A stretch of DNA of 64,000 nt. Source: Candidatus Eiseniibacteriota bacterium (GTDB lineage Bacteria > Eisenbacteria > RBG-16-71-46). The DNA is taken from assembly GCA_963776245.1 (NCBI GenBank), contig CAVZLN010000007.1, positions 1 to 64,000 on the forward strand, in the 5' to 3' direction. This document shows positions 20,811 to 31,732 of this stretch, one piece after another. The translations under genes were made by a program, and so were the position numbers. Positions within the stretch are counted from its first letter, which is position 1, and every line of letters begins with the position of its first letter. A model generated the notes under the pieces. The model was not told where the DNA came from. It worked only from the letters and a program-made list of their open reading frames with translations, and did not search any database.

Positions 20811-21428
20811 TTAGATGGGCGAGGATCCTCCGGGAATTGGCTCACGGAGCGCCGCGGCCGGGGGCGCCTGCGGGAGCACCGGTCGCTCCTCGGTCAGGGC
20901 CTCGAGCGCCGCGCGGGTGGCGGGCGCCAGCCAGTCCACCTCGCCCTCCTGGGCCACCGCGATGCGACCGCCCGGGTCGAGCACGTAGGTGTAGGGCACG
21001 CTCGGGCACGGCAGCACCTCGCGCAGCGCGCGCCGGCCGTCGATGAGCACCTGGAGGCGCAGGCGCTGGCGCGCGACGAAGCGCGCGACCGACGGGAAGG
21101 GGTCGGCGCACACCATCACCACCCGCGCGCGCTCGAGGCCGGGTGAGCGCCGCAGCGAGTCGAGCGCCGCCGCCTGCGCACGCGCGTGGCGCTGCCACGG
21201 CGCCCAGTAGTGGACCACCAGCACGCCCTCGCCGTCGCGCAGGCGCGCGAGGCCGATCGGCACCGCCGGCAACACCACGTCGAGCGCGACGTGGGGGCGC
21301 GAGGCGGGGCTCGCCACCGCGAGCGGGCGCGCCACGCCACTGCGGCTCACGGTGAACAACTGGGCGTTCCACAGCCACAGCGTGAGCGCGCTGGCGCCGA
21401 CCAGGAAGACCGCGGTGGGGGCGCGCAT
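20811..21428 (-). CDS. Membrane-anchored TlpA/thioredoxin-fold protein lacking CxxC
   Basis: N-terminal [14 protein letters not shown] in place of the usual WATWCxxC, and [14 protein letters not shown]. Coupled to the cstA stop (TGATG). Confidence 0.75.
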   Translation of the reverse strand: MRAPTAVFLVGASALTLWLWNAQLFTVSRSGVARPLAVASPASRPHVALDVVLPAVPIGLARLRDGEGVLVVHYWAPWQRHARAQAAALDSLRRSPGLERARVVMVCADPFPSVARFVARQRLRLQVLIDGRRALREVLPCPSVPYTYVLDPGGRIAVAQEGEVDWLAPATRAALEALTEERPVLPQAPPAAALREPIPGGSSPI

Positions 21429-23284
21429 CAGCGCGCGCCCGCGCCCGCGGCCGCGGCGCCTGCGAGCGCGCCGGGCTCGCCGCGCAGCCAGCGCGTCCAG
21501 CGCGTCACGCTGTCCACCATCACGACCACCAGCAGCGCCATCACCGCCAGCGTGACCACGCACTGGATGCGGGCGGTCGCGGGCGCGGCCGCGAACGCCG
21601 CCGCGAGGTCCGGAGCGCCGGCTTTCAACTGCGGCCGCAGGTAGTTCACCGACAGGTTCATCCACCCGGCGGTGAGGGTGTTCACGCACATGAACGCGAG
21701 CGGCGCCAGCGTGACCCAGGCGTAGCGGCCCTTGCCGGTGTTGAGGAGCACCGAGGTGCCGATGGCGAGCGCGAACGCCGCGAGCAGCTGATTGCTCACC
21801 CCCAGCATCGGCCAGATGGTGCTCACCGTGCCGGTCCACACGAAATAGCCCCACGAACCGACCGCGAGCGCGCTGAACACCAGCGCGGGCGCCATGCCCT
21901 TCCACTCGCGCAACCCGGGCAGCGCCATGCCGCCGACCTCCTGCAGCATGTAGCGCGTGACGCGCGTCCCGGCGTCGATCAGGGTGAGCACGAAGAGCGC
22001 CTCGAACATGATGGCGAAGTGGTACCAGAACCCCATCAGCCCGCGCAGCAGCGGGAGCGAGGAGAAGATCTGCGCCATGCCGACCGCCAGCGACACCGCG
22101 CCGCCGGGGCGGCCGGCCAGCGATTCGCCGACCGCGGCCTCGAGCGACGGCAGGTCATGGGTCGCGAGCCCCAGCGTCGCGAACACCTCGGGGCGCGTGT
22201 TGATCGCGAAGTAGTCGCTGGGGTGGAGCGCGCACGCCGCGATCAGCGCGATCACGCCGACGAAGCCCTCGAGCAGCATCGCGCCGTAGCCGATCGGGAG
22301 GATGTCGCGCTCGCGGTCCAGCATCTTGGGGGTGGTGCCCGAGGCGATCAGGGAGTGGAAGCCCGAGATGGCGCCGCACGCGATGGTGATGAACACGAAC
22401 GGGAACAGCGGTCCCGGGAACACCGGTCCGCCGCCGTGCGCGTACGAGGTGAGCGCCGGCATCTGCAGGCGCGGGTTCACCAGCACCACCCCGATCGCGA
22501 GCAGCACGATCGCCCCGACCTTCATGAACGAGGACAGGTAGTCGCGCGGCGCGAGCAGCAGCCACACCGGGAGCACCGAGGCGATGAACCCGTAGAGCAT
22601 GAGGGCCACGCCGATGGTGCGCTCGGGGTGGGTGAAGAGAGGGCCCCACGCCGACTGCGCCACCCACGCGCCGCCCGCGATGGCGGCCAGCAGCAGTGCC
22701 ACGCCGATGAGCGTGGCGCCGCGGATGTCGCCGGGACGGACGCGGTTCGACCACAGTCCCATCAGCAGCGCGATCGGGATGGTGCAGAGCAGCGAGAACA
22801 CGCCCCACGCGCTCGACTTGAGCGAGTTCACCACCACCAGCGCCATCGCGGCGACCGCGACCACCATCACGAACACGATGGCGATGGCGGTCGCGGCGCC
22901 AGTCAGGCCGCTCACGTGCTCGCGTGCGATGTTGGCGAGCGAGCGCCCGCCACTGCGCACCGAGGCCGTCAGGATGACGAAGTCGTGCACGCCGCCGGCG
23001 AGCACCGAGCCCGCGAGCAGCCACAGGAACCCGGGCGCCCACCCGAACTGCGCGGCCAGCACCGGCCCGATCAGCGGCCCGGCGCCGGCGATGGCGGCGA
23101 AGTGATGACCGAGCAGCACCCAGCGGTGGGTCGGCACGTAGTCGTGCCCGTCGCGCCGGGTGTGCGCCGGGGTGCGACGCAGGTCGTCGAGCGTGGCGAC
23201 GCGCGCGGCGAGGAACGCGCCATACGTCCGATAGGCGATGATCGCGACCAGGGCCGAGCACAGCACCAGGTAGAGCGCGGGCAT
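21428..23284 (-). CDS. cstA: Carbon starvation protein A (peptide/pyruvate transporter)
   Basis: [25 protein letters not shown] and [14 protein letters not shown]. Confidence 0.95.
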   Translation of the reverse strand: MPALYLVLCSALVAIIAYRTYGAFLAARVATLDDLRRTPAHTRRDGHDYVPTHRWVLLGHHFAAIAGAGPLIGPVLAAQFGWAPGFLWLLAGSVLAGGVHDFVILTASVRSGGRSLANIAREHVSGLTGAATAIAIVFVMVVAVAAMALVVVNSLKSSAWGVFSLLCTIPIALLMGLWSNRVRPGDIRGATLIGVALLLAAIAGGAWVAQSAWGPLFTHPERTIGVALMLYGFIASVLPVWLLLAPRDYLSSFMKVGAIVLLAIGVVLVNPRLQMPALTSYAHGGGPVFPGPLFPFVFITIACGAISGFHSLIASGTTPKMLDRERDILPIGYGAMLLEGFVGVIALIAACALHPSDYFAINTRPEVFATLGLATHDLPSLEAAVGESLAGRPGGAVSLAVGMAQIFSSLPLLRGLMGFWYHFAIMFEALFVLTLIDAGTRVTRYMLQEVGGMALPGLREWKGMAPALVFSALAVGSWGYFVWTGTVSTIWPMLGVSNQLLAAFALAIGTSVLLNTGKGRYAWVTLAPLAFMCVNTLTAGWMNLSVNYLRPQLKAGAPDLAAAFAAAPATARIQCVVTLAVMALLVVVMVDSVTRWTRWLRGEPGALAGAAAAGAGAR

Positions 23285-23323
23285 GCGGGGGTCTCCGGGA
23301 GCACGCGGTGGCGGGACCGCCGC

Positions 23324-23351
23324 AGTCTACCGTCGCCGGTCAGCGCGTCAA
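23324..23351 (-). promoter_or_regulatory. Sigma70-type promoter for cstA
   Basis: Minus strand TTGACG-N16-TAGACT. Confidence 0.5.
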
Positions 23352-23368
23352 CGCCGGAATGGGGGTCG

Positions 23369-24328
23369 TCAGGCCGCGGCGGCTTCGTCGGATCCCGCGT
23401 CCTCGTCCTGCGCGTAGAGCGCCAGGAACGCGGCGACCACCTCGGGATCGAACTGGGTGCCGCTCGCCTCGCGGATGACCTGCACCGCCTGCGCATGGGT
23501 GCGGCGGCTGCGGTAGGCGCGATCGGTGGCGATGGCGTCGTAGGTGTCCGCCACCGCGATGATGCGCGCGCCGAGCGGGATGTCCTCGCCGCGGTAGCCC
23601 TTGTAGCCGGTGCCGTCCCAGCGCTCGTGATGGTAGGCCACCATCGGGACGATGTGCTTGAGGATGCCGCCCATGGTGCGCACCAGCCGCGCGCCGTGGT
23701 CCACGTGCCGCTTCATCTCCACGTACTCGTCGCCGGTCAGCCCGGCCGCCTTGCGCAGCACCTCGGTGCTGATCTCGACCTTGCCGATGTCGTGCAGGAA
23801 CGCGCCGACCCGGATGTCCTCCACCAGGTCCTCGCGGAGCCCCATCGCGCGGGCGATCTCGACCGCGTAGTCCGCCACGCGCCGCGAATGGTCCTCGGTG
23901 TACTTGTCCACCGAGTCGATGAGCTTGGCCATGATCTCGATGATGCCGCGGTAGGCGTCACGGATCTCGCGCAACTGCTGTTCCTTGGTCTCGGAGAGCG
24001 AGCCGACCACGTACGAGGTCAGGATCAGGAAGCCGCCCCAGGTGCCGAGGTCGAGCCAGCGCATCCAGGGCTCGGGGTCCCCGGCGACGAAGTGGGCCCG
24101 GCTCACCAGCGCGATCGCCGCCACGATGCCGCAGGACAGCAGCGCCGAGTACACCCCGCGCCGCAGCCCCAGCGTGTAGGCGCCGAACACCACCGGCAGG
24201 TAGTAGAAGTTGAGGAACGCGCGCTGGTTCACGACCCAGAAGTTGATCACCCCGGTGATGGCCACGATCGCGAGCAGCACCAGCAGCCCGCGGTGCACGG
24301 TCCACCAGGCGCGCGCCGGCCGGGTCAC
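23369..24328 (-). CDS. Membrane-bound HD-GYP domain protein (c-di-GMP phosphodiesterase family)
   Basis: N-terminal TM region, then HSRRVA, LHDIGK, HHERWDGTGY, IIAVADTYDA and GTQFDP. GTG start overlaps the ATPase stop. Confidence 0.9.
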   Translation of the reverse strand: MTRPARAWWTVHRGLLVLLAIVAITGVINFWVVNQRAFLNFYYLPVVFGAYTLGLRRGVYSALLSCGIVAAIALVSRAHFVAGDPEPWMRWLDLGTWGGFLILTSYVVGSLSETKEQQLREIRDAYRGIIEIMAKLIDSVDKYTEDHSRRVADYAVEIARAMGLREDLVEDIRVGAFLHDIGKVEISTEVLRKAAGLTGDEYVEMKRHVDHGARLVRTMGGILKHIVPMVAYHHERWDGTGYKGYRGEDIPLGARIIAVADTYDAIATDRAYRSRRTHAQAVQVIREASGTQFDPEVVAAFLALYAQDEDAGSDEAAAA

Positions 24329-26298
24329 GACGCCTTCCGGTGCGGCGCCGGGGTGATGCGCGCGGCGCCGTGCCCGCGGGCCTCCTGGCGCTGATCGCGG
24401 TTCTCGGCGGTGCGGTCCTGGACAGCGTCGACTCCGCAGAACGGGCAGAAGGTCCAGTCCGGATGGAGGCGCCGACGGCACGACTCGCAGTGGTCGCCCA
24501 CGAAGTCACCGCAGGTCGGGCAGTAGTCGAAGTCCTGGCTCAGCACCGCCTGGCAGCCGGGGCACACCCGGCCGGCCTGCTCGGCGAGGTACACCACCCG
24601 CATGACCTCCTCGAGCGTGGTGCGGCCGTCGAGCACCTTGCGCAGGCCGTCCTCGCCGATCGAGCGCATCCCCGACTCGACCGCGGCCTGGCGGATGACC
24701 GAGTCGGACTGGCGCATGTGGATGAGCGAGCGGATGTGGTCGTCCACCTCGAGCAGCTCGAAGATCCCGGTGCGACCGGTGTAGCCGGACTCGTGGCAGT
24801 GGGCGCACCCGGTCGCCCGCCACAACTGGACGGCGCCGCCGGCCGCGCTCTTGGAACCCAGGCGATTGAGTGTCGCGGCGGAGGCCTCGTACGGCTCGCG
24901 GCAGCGCGGGCACAGCGTGCGCACCAGGCGCATGCTCACCACGGCCACCAGCGAGGAGGCCACCATGAAGGGCTCGAGGCCGAGGTCGACCAGGCGGGTC
25001 ACCGCGCTCGCCGCGTCGTTGGTGTGCACCGTGCTCAGCACCAGGTGGCCGGTGACCGAGGCCCGGAACGCGATCTGCGCGGTCTCGCCGTCGCGGATCT
25101 CGCCCACCATGATGACGTCGGGGTCCTGCCGCAGGATGGCGCGCAGCGCGGCGGGGAAGGTCTTGCGCGCCTTCTCGTCCACGTGCACCTGATTGATGCC
25201 GGTGAGCTCGAACTCCACCGGGTCCTCGACCGTCACGATGTTCATGGTCACGTCCTGGATCGAGCGCAGCGCCGCGTAGAGCAGCGTGGTCTTGCCGGAT
25301 CCGGTCGGGCCGGTCACCAGCACGATGCCCTGCGGCCGGTCGAGGGCGTTCTGGAGGCGCGTGAGGTCGTCCGGGAACAGGCCGAGCTCCACGAGCGGCA
25401 CCATCATGCGTTGCTGATCGACTACCCGGATGACCACCTTCTCGCCCCCGGTCACCGGCAGCGTCGAGATGCGCATGTCGATGCGCCGTCCGTCGATCTC
25501 GACCACCAGGTGTCCGTCCTGCGGCAGCCGCTTCTCGGCGATGTCGAGGTTGGAGAGCACCTTGATGCGCGACACCACCGCGCCCTGGGTCCATTTCGGC
25601 AGGCGCTGGACCTCCTGGAGCAGTCCGTCGATGCGGAAGCGCACCACCAGGTCGTGGTCCTGCGGCTCGATGTGCACGTCGCTGGCGCGCTCCTGCACCG
25701 CGCGATGGATCAGCCAGTTGGTGAGCCGCACGATGGGCCGGCCCTCGGCCTCCTTGATGAGGTCGTCGAGCGCCTCGGTCGGCTCGTCCTGCTTGACCGC
25801 GTTCACCACCACGTCCTGCTCGCTCGAGATGATGTTGCGGATGACCTCGTTCACCGAGGAGTCGATGTGGTAGTAGCGCTCGATCGCCTCGACGATGGCG
25901 CTCGGGCGGGCCAGCACCGGCTGGATGAACATGCCGCAGTGGAAGCGCAGATCCTCGAGCGCAGAGACGTTGAGCGGATCGGCCATCGCCACGATCAGGG
26001 TGGAACGGCCCTCGATCGCGAGCGGGAGCGCGTTGTACTTGCGCGCCATGTCCTCCTTGATGAAGGCGAGGACCTCCTCGTCCACCGAGATGGCGTCGAG
26101 GTCCACCAGCGGCAGGTGCAGCTGCTGCTCGAGGAGGTGGAGCAGGGTGTCCTCGGTCACCGCGCCGAGGCGCACGAGGGCGGCACCGAGCAGCTCGCCG
26201 GTCTGGCGCTGCTCGGTGATGGCGCGATCCAGCTGCTCCTGGGTGATCAGCCTCGCGTCCAGCAGGAGATCACCCAGCCGCCTGTGCTCTCTGGCCAT
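24325..26298 (-). CDS. GspE/PilB-family ATPase with N-terminal MshEN domain and C-terminal double zinc ribbon
   Basis: RLGDLL...LDRAI..Q MshEN motif, ASDVHIEP, GPTGSGKT, LRQDPD, TGHLVLSTVH and terminal CxxC repeats. Confidence 0.93.
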   Translation of the reverse strand: MAREHRRLGDLLLDARLITQEQLDRAITEQRQTGELLGAALVRLGAVTEDTLLHLLEQQLHLPLVDLDAISVDEEVLAFIKEDMARKYNALPLAIEGRSTLIVAMADPLNVSALEDLRFHCGMFIQPVLARPSAIVEAIERYYHIDSSVNEVIRNIISSEQDVVVNAVKQDEPTEALDDLIKEAEGRPIVRLTNWLIHRAVQERASDVHIEPQDHDLVVRFRIDGLLQEVQRLPKWTQGAVVSRIKVLSNLDIAEKRLPQDGHLVVEIDGRRIDMRISTLPVTGGEKVVIRVVDQQRMMVPLVELGLFPDDLTRLQNALDRPQGIVLVTGPTGSGKTTLLYAALRSIQDVTMNIVTVEDPVEFELTGINQVHVDEKARKTFPAALRAILRQDPDVIMVGEIRDGETAQIAFRASVTGHLVLSTVHTNDAASAVTRLVDLGLEPFMVASSLVAVVSMRLVRTLCPRCREPYEASAATLNRLGSKSAAGGAVQLWRATGCAHCHESGYTGRTGIFELLEVDDHIRSLIHMRQSDSVIRQAAVESGMRSIGEDGLRKVLDGRTTLEEVMRVVYLAEQAGRVCPGCQAVLSQDFDYCPTCGDFVGDHCESCRRRLHPDWTFCPFCGVDAVQDRTAENRDQRQEARGHGAARITPAPHRKAS

Positions 26299-26341
26299 CC
26301 GTGACTCCGGGGTGTTCGGGGGAAGAGCCTCCGCCCTTGCG

Positions 26342-26369
26342 TTATCGGCCCGGCGGAGCTCCTACTTCA
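26342..26369 (-). promoter_or_regulatory. Sigma28 (FliA/WhiG)-type promoter upstream of the PilB-like gene
   Basis: Minus strand TGAAG-N15-GCCGATAA, with a perfect -10 consensus. Confidence 0.6.
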
Positions 26370-26470
26370 GCGGCTTCGGCGACCGGCGGACGCGCTGCCG
26401 GATGCGCGTCCGACGCGGGCCCGGCGTGTGTTGAGGGGCCTGCGAGCGCGTGCTACGGTGCCGGCCGACC

Positions 26471-28237
26471 ATGACCGAGCCGACCTCGCAGGACCTGCCC
26501 GTCTCGCCGTTCCTCAGTCACGCCCTCGCCACGCTCGCCGCCGCCGGCGCCGACGGGTTCGAGGCCCAGACGAACATGAAGGAACTGCTGAAGGTGGCGT
26601 CCCGCCACTGCCGGCGGCTGGTGGACGCCGGGGAGGTCCGGGTGTGGGTGCTGCGGCGCGGCGGCCGGCGGCTGGTGGCCCACGAGTTCCCCGACGACGA
26701 CGGGGCGGCCCGGGTGGTGCGGCAGGGGCCCGCCGAGGGGCTCGCGGGCTGGGCCATCGCGCACCAGCAGTCGCTCCGCCTCGGCCCCGGCGACCCGCGT
26801 CCGTGGCTGCCTGGCGAGGTGCCGGAGTTCCATTCGGCGCTGGTCATCCCGCTGTTCCGCCGCCGCGAGGTGTTCGGGGCCATCGAGTGCCTCGACAAGC
26901 GCGGGCAGGACGCGTTCACCGACGCCGACTTCGATCACCTCGACGCCGCCGCCGAACAGGTCGCCTTCGCGCTCGACAGCGCGCTGCTGCTGGAGGAGAC
27001 GGAGCGGCGCGCGCTCGAGAAGGAGGTGCTGCTCGAGGTCTCGAAGACGCTCTCGGGCCGCCTCGACCTCGACGACGTCATCGAGGCGATCCTGACCTCG
27101 CTGCGCGAGGTGGTGAACTACGACGCCGCGGCGGTGTACCTGGCGAACCGGTCCACCCAGATCCTCGGCCTGGTGAGCTCGGTCGGGTATCCCGAGGGCT
27201 CCGACGACGCGTTCGGCCTGCAGCTGGGGCAGGGCATCGTCGGCTGGGTGGCGAAGACCGGCGAACCGGTCATCGTGCCCGACGTGAAGCGCGACGCGCG
27301 CTACGTGGCCGCGCGCCTCACCACGCGCAGCGAGCTCGCCGCGCCGCTGCGGGTCGGTGGCCGCACCATCGGGGTGTTCAATCTCGAGAGCGACCTCGAC
27401 GACGCATACCACGAGGGCCACCTCGAGCTGCTCTCGGCGTTCGCGGCGCAGGCGGCGATCGCGGTCGAGCGCGCGCAGCTGCTGCGCGACCTGGTCGAGC
27501 GCCGCCGGCTCGAGAAGGAGCTCGCGATCGCGCGCGAGATCCAGCTCTCGTTCCTGCCCACGCGCGCGCCCCAGGTGCCCGGCTTCGATCTGGCGGGCGC
27601 GGCGATGCCGCACGACGAGGTGGGCGGGGACTACTACGACTTCATCCCGGTCGGGGAGACGCGGCTCGGGCTCGCCATCGCCGACGTCGCGGGCAAGGGC
27701 ATCCCGGCGGCCCTCATCATGGCGGGCTTCCGCATGAGCCTGCTCGCGGAGGTGCGCAACGAGTTCGCCATCCGCGCCGTGATGCGCAAGGTGAACTCGC
27801 TGCTCCACGAGAGCACCGACCGGGACAAGTTCGTGACCGCGTTCTACGGCGTGCTCGACTTCCGCAACCGCGTGCTCATCTTCTCGAACGCCGGCCACAA
27901 CCCGCCGATCCTGCGCCACCGCGACGGCAGCCTCGAGTACCTCATCGACGGCGGCCTCGCGCTGGGGGTGATGCCCGACTCGCTCTACGAGGAGCGGCCC
28001 ATCGCGCTGCGACCGGGCGACGTGCTGGTGCTCTACACCGATGGCGTCTCCGAGGCCGAGTCCCCGAGCGGCGAGCAGTTCGGCAGCGGGCGCATCGAGG
28101 AGATCATGGGACGCTTCGCGCATCGCAGCGCGCAGGAGATCCTCGACGGGGTGATCGAGGCGGTGCGCCAGTTCGCAGGCGAGCGCGGGCAGAACGACGA
28201 CCTCACGCTGCTGGTGGTGAAGGCGAAGATCGCCTGA
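26471..28237 (+). CDS. GAF-GAF-SpoIIE (RsbU-like) PP2C phosphatase
   Basis: Two GAF domains, then ELAIAREIQ, VGGDYYD, IADVAGKG, NAGH, LYTDGVSE and DDLT. Confidence 0.93.
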   Translation: MTEPTSQDLPVSPFLSHALATLAAAGADGFEAQTNMKELLKVASRHCRRLVDAGEVRVWVLRRGGRRLVAHEFPDDDGAARVVRQGPAEGLAGWAIAHQQSLRLGPGDPRPWLPGEVPEFHSALVIPLFRRREVFGAIECLDKRGQDAFTDADFDHLDAAAEQVAFALDSALLLEETERRALEKEVLLEVSKTLSGRLDLDDVIEAILTSLREVVNYDAAAVYLANRSTQILGLVSSVGYPEGSDDAFGLQLGQGIVGWVAKTGEPVIVPDVKRDARYVAARLTTRSELAAPLRVGGRTIGVFNLESDLDDAYHEGHLELLSAFAAQAAIAVERAQLLRDLVERRRLEKELAIAREIQLSFLPTRAPQVPGFDLAGAAMPHDEVGGDYYDFIPVGETRLGLAIADVAGKGIPAALIMAGFRMSLLAEVRNEFAIRAVMRKVNSLLHESTDRDKFVTAFYGVLDFRNRVLIFSNAGHNPPILRHRDGSLEYLIDGGLALGVMPDSLYEERPIALRPGDVLVLYTDGVSEAESPSGEQFGSGRIEEIMGRFAHRSAQEILDGVIEAVRQFAGERGQNDDLTLLVVKAKIA

Positions 28238-28323
28238 GGCGCCGGATCGGGCGCGGAGGGTTTCCGCGTGGGCCGCTCGCGGGCGCCGGCCGCCCTTCAA
28301 GCGTCACTTGAAGTGCGGAATCC

Positions 28324-28352
28324 TTGACCCGCATGGGCATACCCGATAGTCT
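28324..28352 (+). promoter_or_regulatory. Sigma70-type promoter of the M50-trpS-scpAB-rluB operon
   Basis: TTGACC-N17-TAGTCT. Confidence 0.6.
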
Positions 28353-28393
28353 GCCCCGCACCTCGCCATCCACCCGTGTCCCGGAGCGTTCCC

Positions 28394-29050
28394 GTGAGCT
28401 TCGACCCCATGCTCGTGGCCCTCATCCCCATCTGCGTCTTCAGCATCATCGCGCACGAGTACGCGCATGGGCTGGCGGCGTTCTGGCAGGGGGACACCAC
28501 GGCGCGCGACCGCGGGCGGCTGACTCTGAACCCGCTGCCCCACCTGGACCTGGTGGGCTCGCTGCTGGTGCCGGGGGCGCTGCTGCTGTTCAAGGCGCCG
28601 CTGCTGTTCGGCTGGGCCAAGCCGGTGCCGGTGAACGCCGCGGCGCTGCGGAACCCGCGCGACGGCATGGTCGGAGTGGCGCTCGCCGGGCCGGCCTCCA
28701 ACGCCCTGCTCGCGCTCGCCTTCGGCGCGCTGGCGCGCCTCGCTCCGGGCACCGGCTTCTTCGCGCCGCTGCGTGAGATGGGGATCATCGGGGTGGTGTT
28801 CAACTGCGCGCTCGGGCTCTTCAACCTGATCCCGATCCCGCCGCTCGACGGCTCGTGGGTGCTGATGCGGTTCCTGCCGCTCCGTCACATCCTCGCGCTG
28901 CGTTCGTTCCGCTTCGCCGGGATGGCGCTGGTGGCGCTGCTGCTGTGGTCGCCGCTCACCGCGGGCCCGCTCTTCCACGCCCCGTTGCGCGCGGTGGTGA
29001 CCGCGTGCCTGCAGCTCTATGGCCTGGCGGCCGAGGGGCTGCCGCTGTGA
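28394..29050 (+). CDS. Site-2 protease (M50 family)
   Basis: HEYAH, AGPASN and FNLIPIPPLDG. Confidence 0.93.
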   Translation: MSFDPMLVALIPICVFSIIAHEYAHGLAAFWQGDTTARDRGRLTLNPLPHLDLVGSLLVPGALLLFKAPLLFGWAKPVPVNAAALRNPRDGMVGVALAGPASNALLALAFGALARLAPGTGFFAPLREMGIIGVVFNCALGLFNLIPIPPLDGSWVLMRFLPLRHILALRSFRFAGMALVALLLWSPLTAGPLFHAPLRAVVTACLQLYGLAAEGLPL

Positions 29051-30094
29051 CGCCCGGGCGCATCCTCTCGGGCATGCGCCCCACCGGGCGCCTGCACCTC
29101 GGCAACTTCGTCGGGCGCGCTGGAGAACTGGGTGAGGCTCCAGGACGCCGGCTGGCGCAACTTCCACATGGTGGCCGACTGGCACATGCTCACCACCGGC
29201 TACGAGGACACCTCGCGGCTGCAGTCCGACATCCTCGACATGGTGCTGGACTGGCTCGGCGCGGGACTCGATCCGCAGCGGAGCGTGATCTTCGTGCAGT
29301 CCGACGTGAAGGAGCACGCGGAGCTCCACCTGCTGTTCTCGATGCTGGTGAGCAAGGCGCGGCTCGAACGCATCCCGACCCTCAAGGAGCAGATCCGCGA
29401 CCTGAACCTCGACGAGCAGACCATCTCGTACGGCCATCTCGGCTACTCGGTGCTGCAGGCCGCCGACATCCTGCTCTACAAGCCCACGCACGTGCCGGTG
29501 GGCGAGGACCAGGTGCCGCACGTCGAGCTCACGCGCGAGATCGCGCGGCGCTTCAACTTCGTCTACTGCCAGGACCGCGCGCCGGTGTTCCCCGAGCCGG
29601 AGGCCGCGCTCACCGACTTCGCGCGCCTGCGCGGGCTCGACGGCAACCGCATGAGCAAGTCGGTCGGCAACACCATCCTGCTCGCCGAGGAGCCCGCGAC
29701 GATCGCGACCCGGGTGCAGGCCGCGTACACCGACCCGAAGAAGATGCGCAAGAACGACCCCGGCCGGCCCGAGGCCGATCCGTCGGACGGACATGGCGGC
29801 TGCGTGGTGTACGAGTATCACCGCAAGTTCAATCCCGACGAGGCGGCGGACATCGCCGAGCGGTGCCGTGCCGGCGCGCTCGGGTGCGTCGACGACAAGC
29901 GGCATCTGGCCCGGCAGCTCGCCGAGCGGCTGGCGCCCATCCGCGAACGCCGGGCGAGATGGGCGGCCGACCTGGACGCGGTGCGCGACGTGATGGCCGA
30001 CGGCAACCGGCGCGCCCGCGAAGTGGCCCGCGCCACCATGGACGAGGTGCGCTCGGCGATGGGGCTGGCGTCCGACCGGCAGGTGCGCTCGTGA
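29047..30094 (+). CDS. trpS: Tryptophanyl-tRNA synthetase (frameshift near 29118)
   Basis: SGMRPTGRLHLGN, VPVGEDQ and RMSKS. Confidence 0.95.
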
Positions 30095-30972
30095 GCGCCC
30101 CGGGCGAGCCGGGCGGCGGAGCGCGCACCGCGGCCTCCGATCGGGTGCCCGCGCCCACGCGGGACGCGGATCCGCCGCACGAGGCGCTCGACGCGCCGGC
30201 CGGCCGCGTGCCGCGGCCGTCGGTGACGGTCAAGCTCGCGCGCTTCGAGGGCCCGCTCGACCTGCTGCTCCATCTGATCAAGCGCGACGAGATCGACATC
30301 TACGACATCCCGATCGCGCACATCACGCAGCAGTACCTCGCGTACATCGAGCTGATGCGCTCGCTCGACCTCGACATCGCCGGCGAGTTCCTGGTGATGG
30401 CCGCCACCCTGATGCGCATCAAGGCCAAGATGCTCCTGCCCGCGCCCCAGCTGGGCGAGGAGGAGGACGAGGGCGACCCGCGCGAGGAGCTGGTGCAGCG
30501 GCTCATCGAGTACCGCCAGTTCAAGGAGGCGGCCGGCACGCTGCGCGACAAGGAGGCGGAACGCCGCCTGCTGTTCGAGCGCGGCATGATCCCGGGCGAG
30601 GACGACGCCGGCCCGCTGCCGCTCGCGCCCGCGTCCCTGTTCGACCTGCTCGAGGCGCTCAACCGCGTGATGTCGCGGGTGGCCGCGGAAGTGGTGTACG
30701 AGGTGCAGGGCGAGGTGTACGACGTCGAGGAGAAGATGAGCTTCATCGCCAGCACCGTGGCCGAGCGCGGCGAGGTGTCGCTCACCGAGTTGCTGCTGCG
30801 CTGCCACGCCCGCCTCGAGATGATCGTGACGTTCATCGCGCTGCTCGAGCTCGTGAAGCTCGGACAGGTCACGGTGGTGCAGGCGGAGAACTTCTCGGAC
30901 ATCACCATCGTGGCCCGCATGCCGGAAGGGAGTGAGACCGATGCCTCCAGGCAATCTCCAAGCGGCGGTTGA
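30091..30972 (+). CDS. scpA: Segregation and condensation protein A
   Basis: FEGPLDLLLHLI, EFLVMAATL and VTFIALLEL. Confidence 0.93.
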   Translation: MSAPGEPGGGARTAASDRVPAPTRDADPPHEALDAPAGRVPRPSVTVKLARFEGPLDLLLHLIKRDEIDIYDIPIAHITQQYLAYIELMRSLDLDIAGEFLVMAATLMRIKAKMLLPAPQLGEEEDEGDPREELVQRLIEYRQFKEAAGTLRDKEAERRLLFERGMIPGEDDAGPLPLAPASLFDLLEALNRVMSRVAAEVVYEVQGEVYDVEEKMSFIASTVAERGEVSLTELLLRCHARLEMIVTFIALLELVKLGQVTVVQAENFSDITIVARMPEGSETDASRQSPSGG

Positions 30973-31732
30973 AGCGCTGCTGTTCTCCTCGGACCAGCCG
31001 CTGACGCTGGCGCTGATCGCCGAGTCGCTCGAGTCCGAGGCCGGCGACGTGGCCGCGGCGCTCGCGGCGCTGGGCGAGAGCTATGGCGCGCGCGAAGCGG
31101 GAGTGGAGCTCCGCGAGATCGCGGGCGGCTGGCAGCTGGTCACGACGCCCGGCCAGGCCGAATGGGTGGGACGGATGCTGCGCGGCAAGCGCAAGATGCG
31201 CCTCTCGCGCGCCGCGCTCGAGACGCTCGCGATCGTGGCCTACAAGCAGCCGGTGACCAAGTCCGAGGTCGAGGCCATCCGCGGGGTGGACGCGAGCGGC
31301 GTGATGGCCACGCTGCTCGAGCGCAATCTCGTCACCATCCGCGGCCGTTCGAAGGTGGTCGGGCGCCCGCTGCTCTACGGCACCACGCAGGAGTTCCTCG
31401 AGTACTTCGGACTCAACGACCTCGTCGAGCTGCCGCGGCCGGAGGAACTGCGCGCGTTGATCGCGGCGCGCGAGCCCGAGCAGCTCGAGATGATGGAGAT
31501 CGAAGTGGTCTCGCAGTTCGCCACCGATCTGGAGTCGAGCGCGCTGGCCGGCGAGCTGGCGCCGGACCGGCACACGATCGAACCGCTCGGCGAGGACGAG
31601 GACGATCCGGACGACGACGAGGACGAGTACGACGAGGACGACGAAGACGAAGAGGACGACGATCTCGACGGGGACGACCCACGCGAGCCGCTCGCGCTCG
31701 AGACCGAGCCTTCGGAGGGACGGACCACGTGA
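30932..31732 (+). CDS. scpB: Segregation and condensation protein B with acidic tail
   Basis: LSRAALETLAIVAYKQPVT, IRGVD and GRPLLYGTT. Confidence 0.95.
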   Translation: MRPMPPGNLQAAVEALLFSSDQPLTLALIAESLESEAGDVAAALAALGESYGAREAGVELREIAGGWQLVTTPGQAEWVGRMLRGKRKMRLSRAALETLAIVAYKQPVTKSEVEAIRGVDASGVMATLLERNLVTIRGRSKVVGRPLLYGTTQEFLEYFGLNDLVELPRPEELRALIAAREPEQLEMMEIEVVSQFATDLESSALAGELAPDRHTIEPLGEDEDDPDDDEDEYDEDDEDEEDDDLDGDDPREPLALETEPSEGRTT

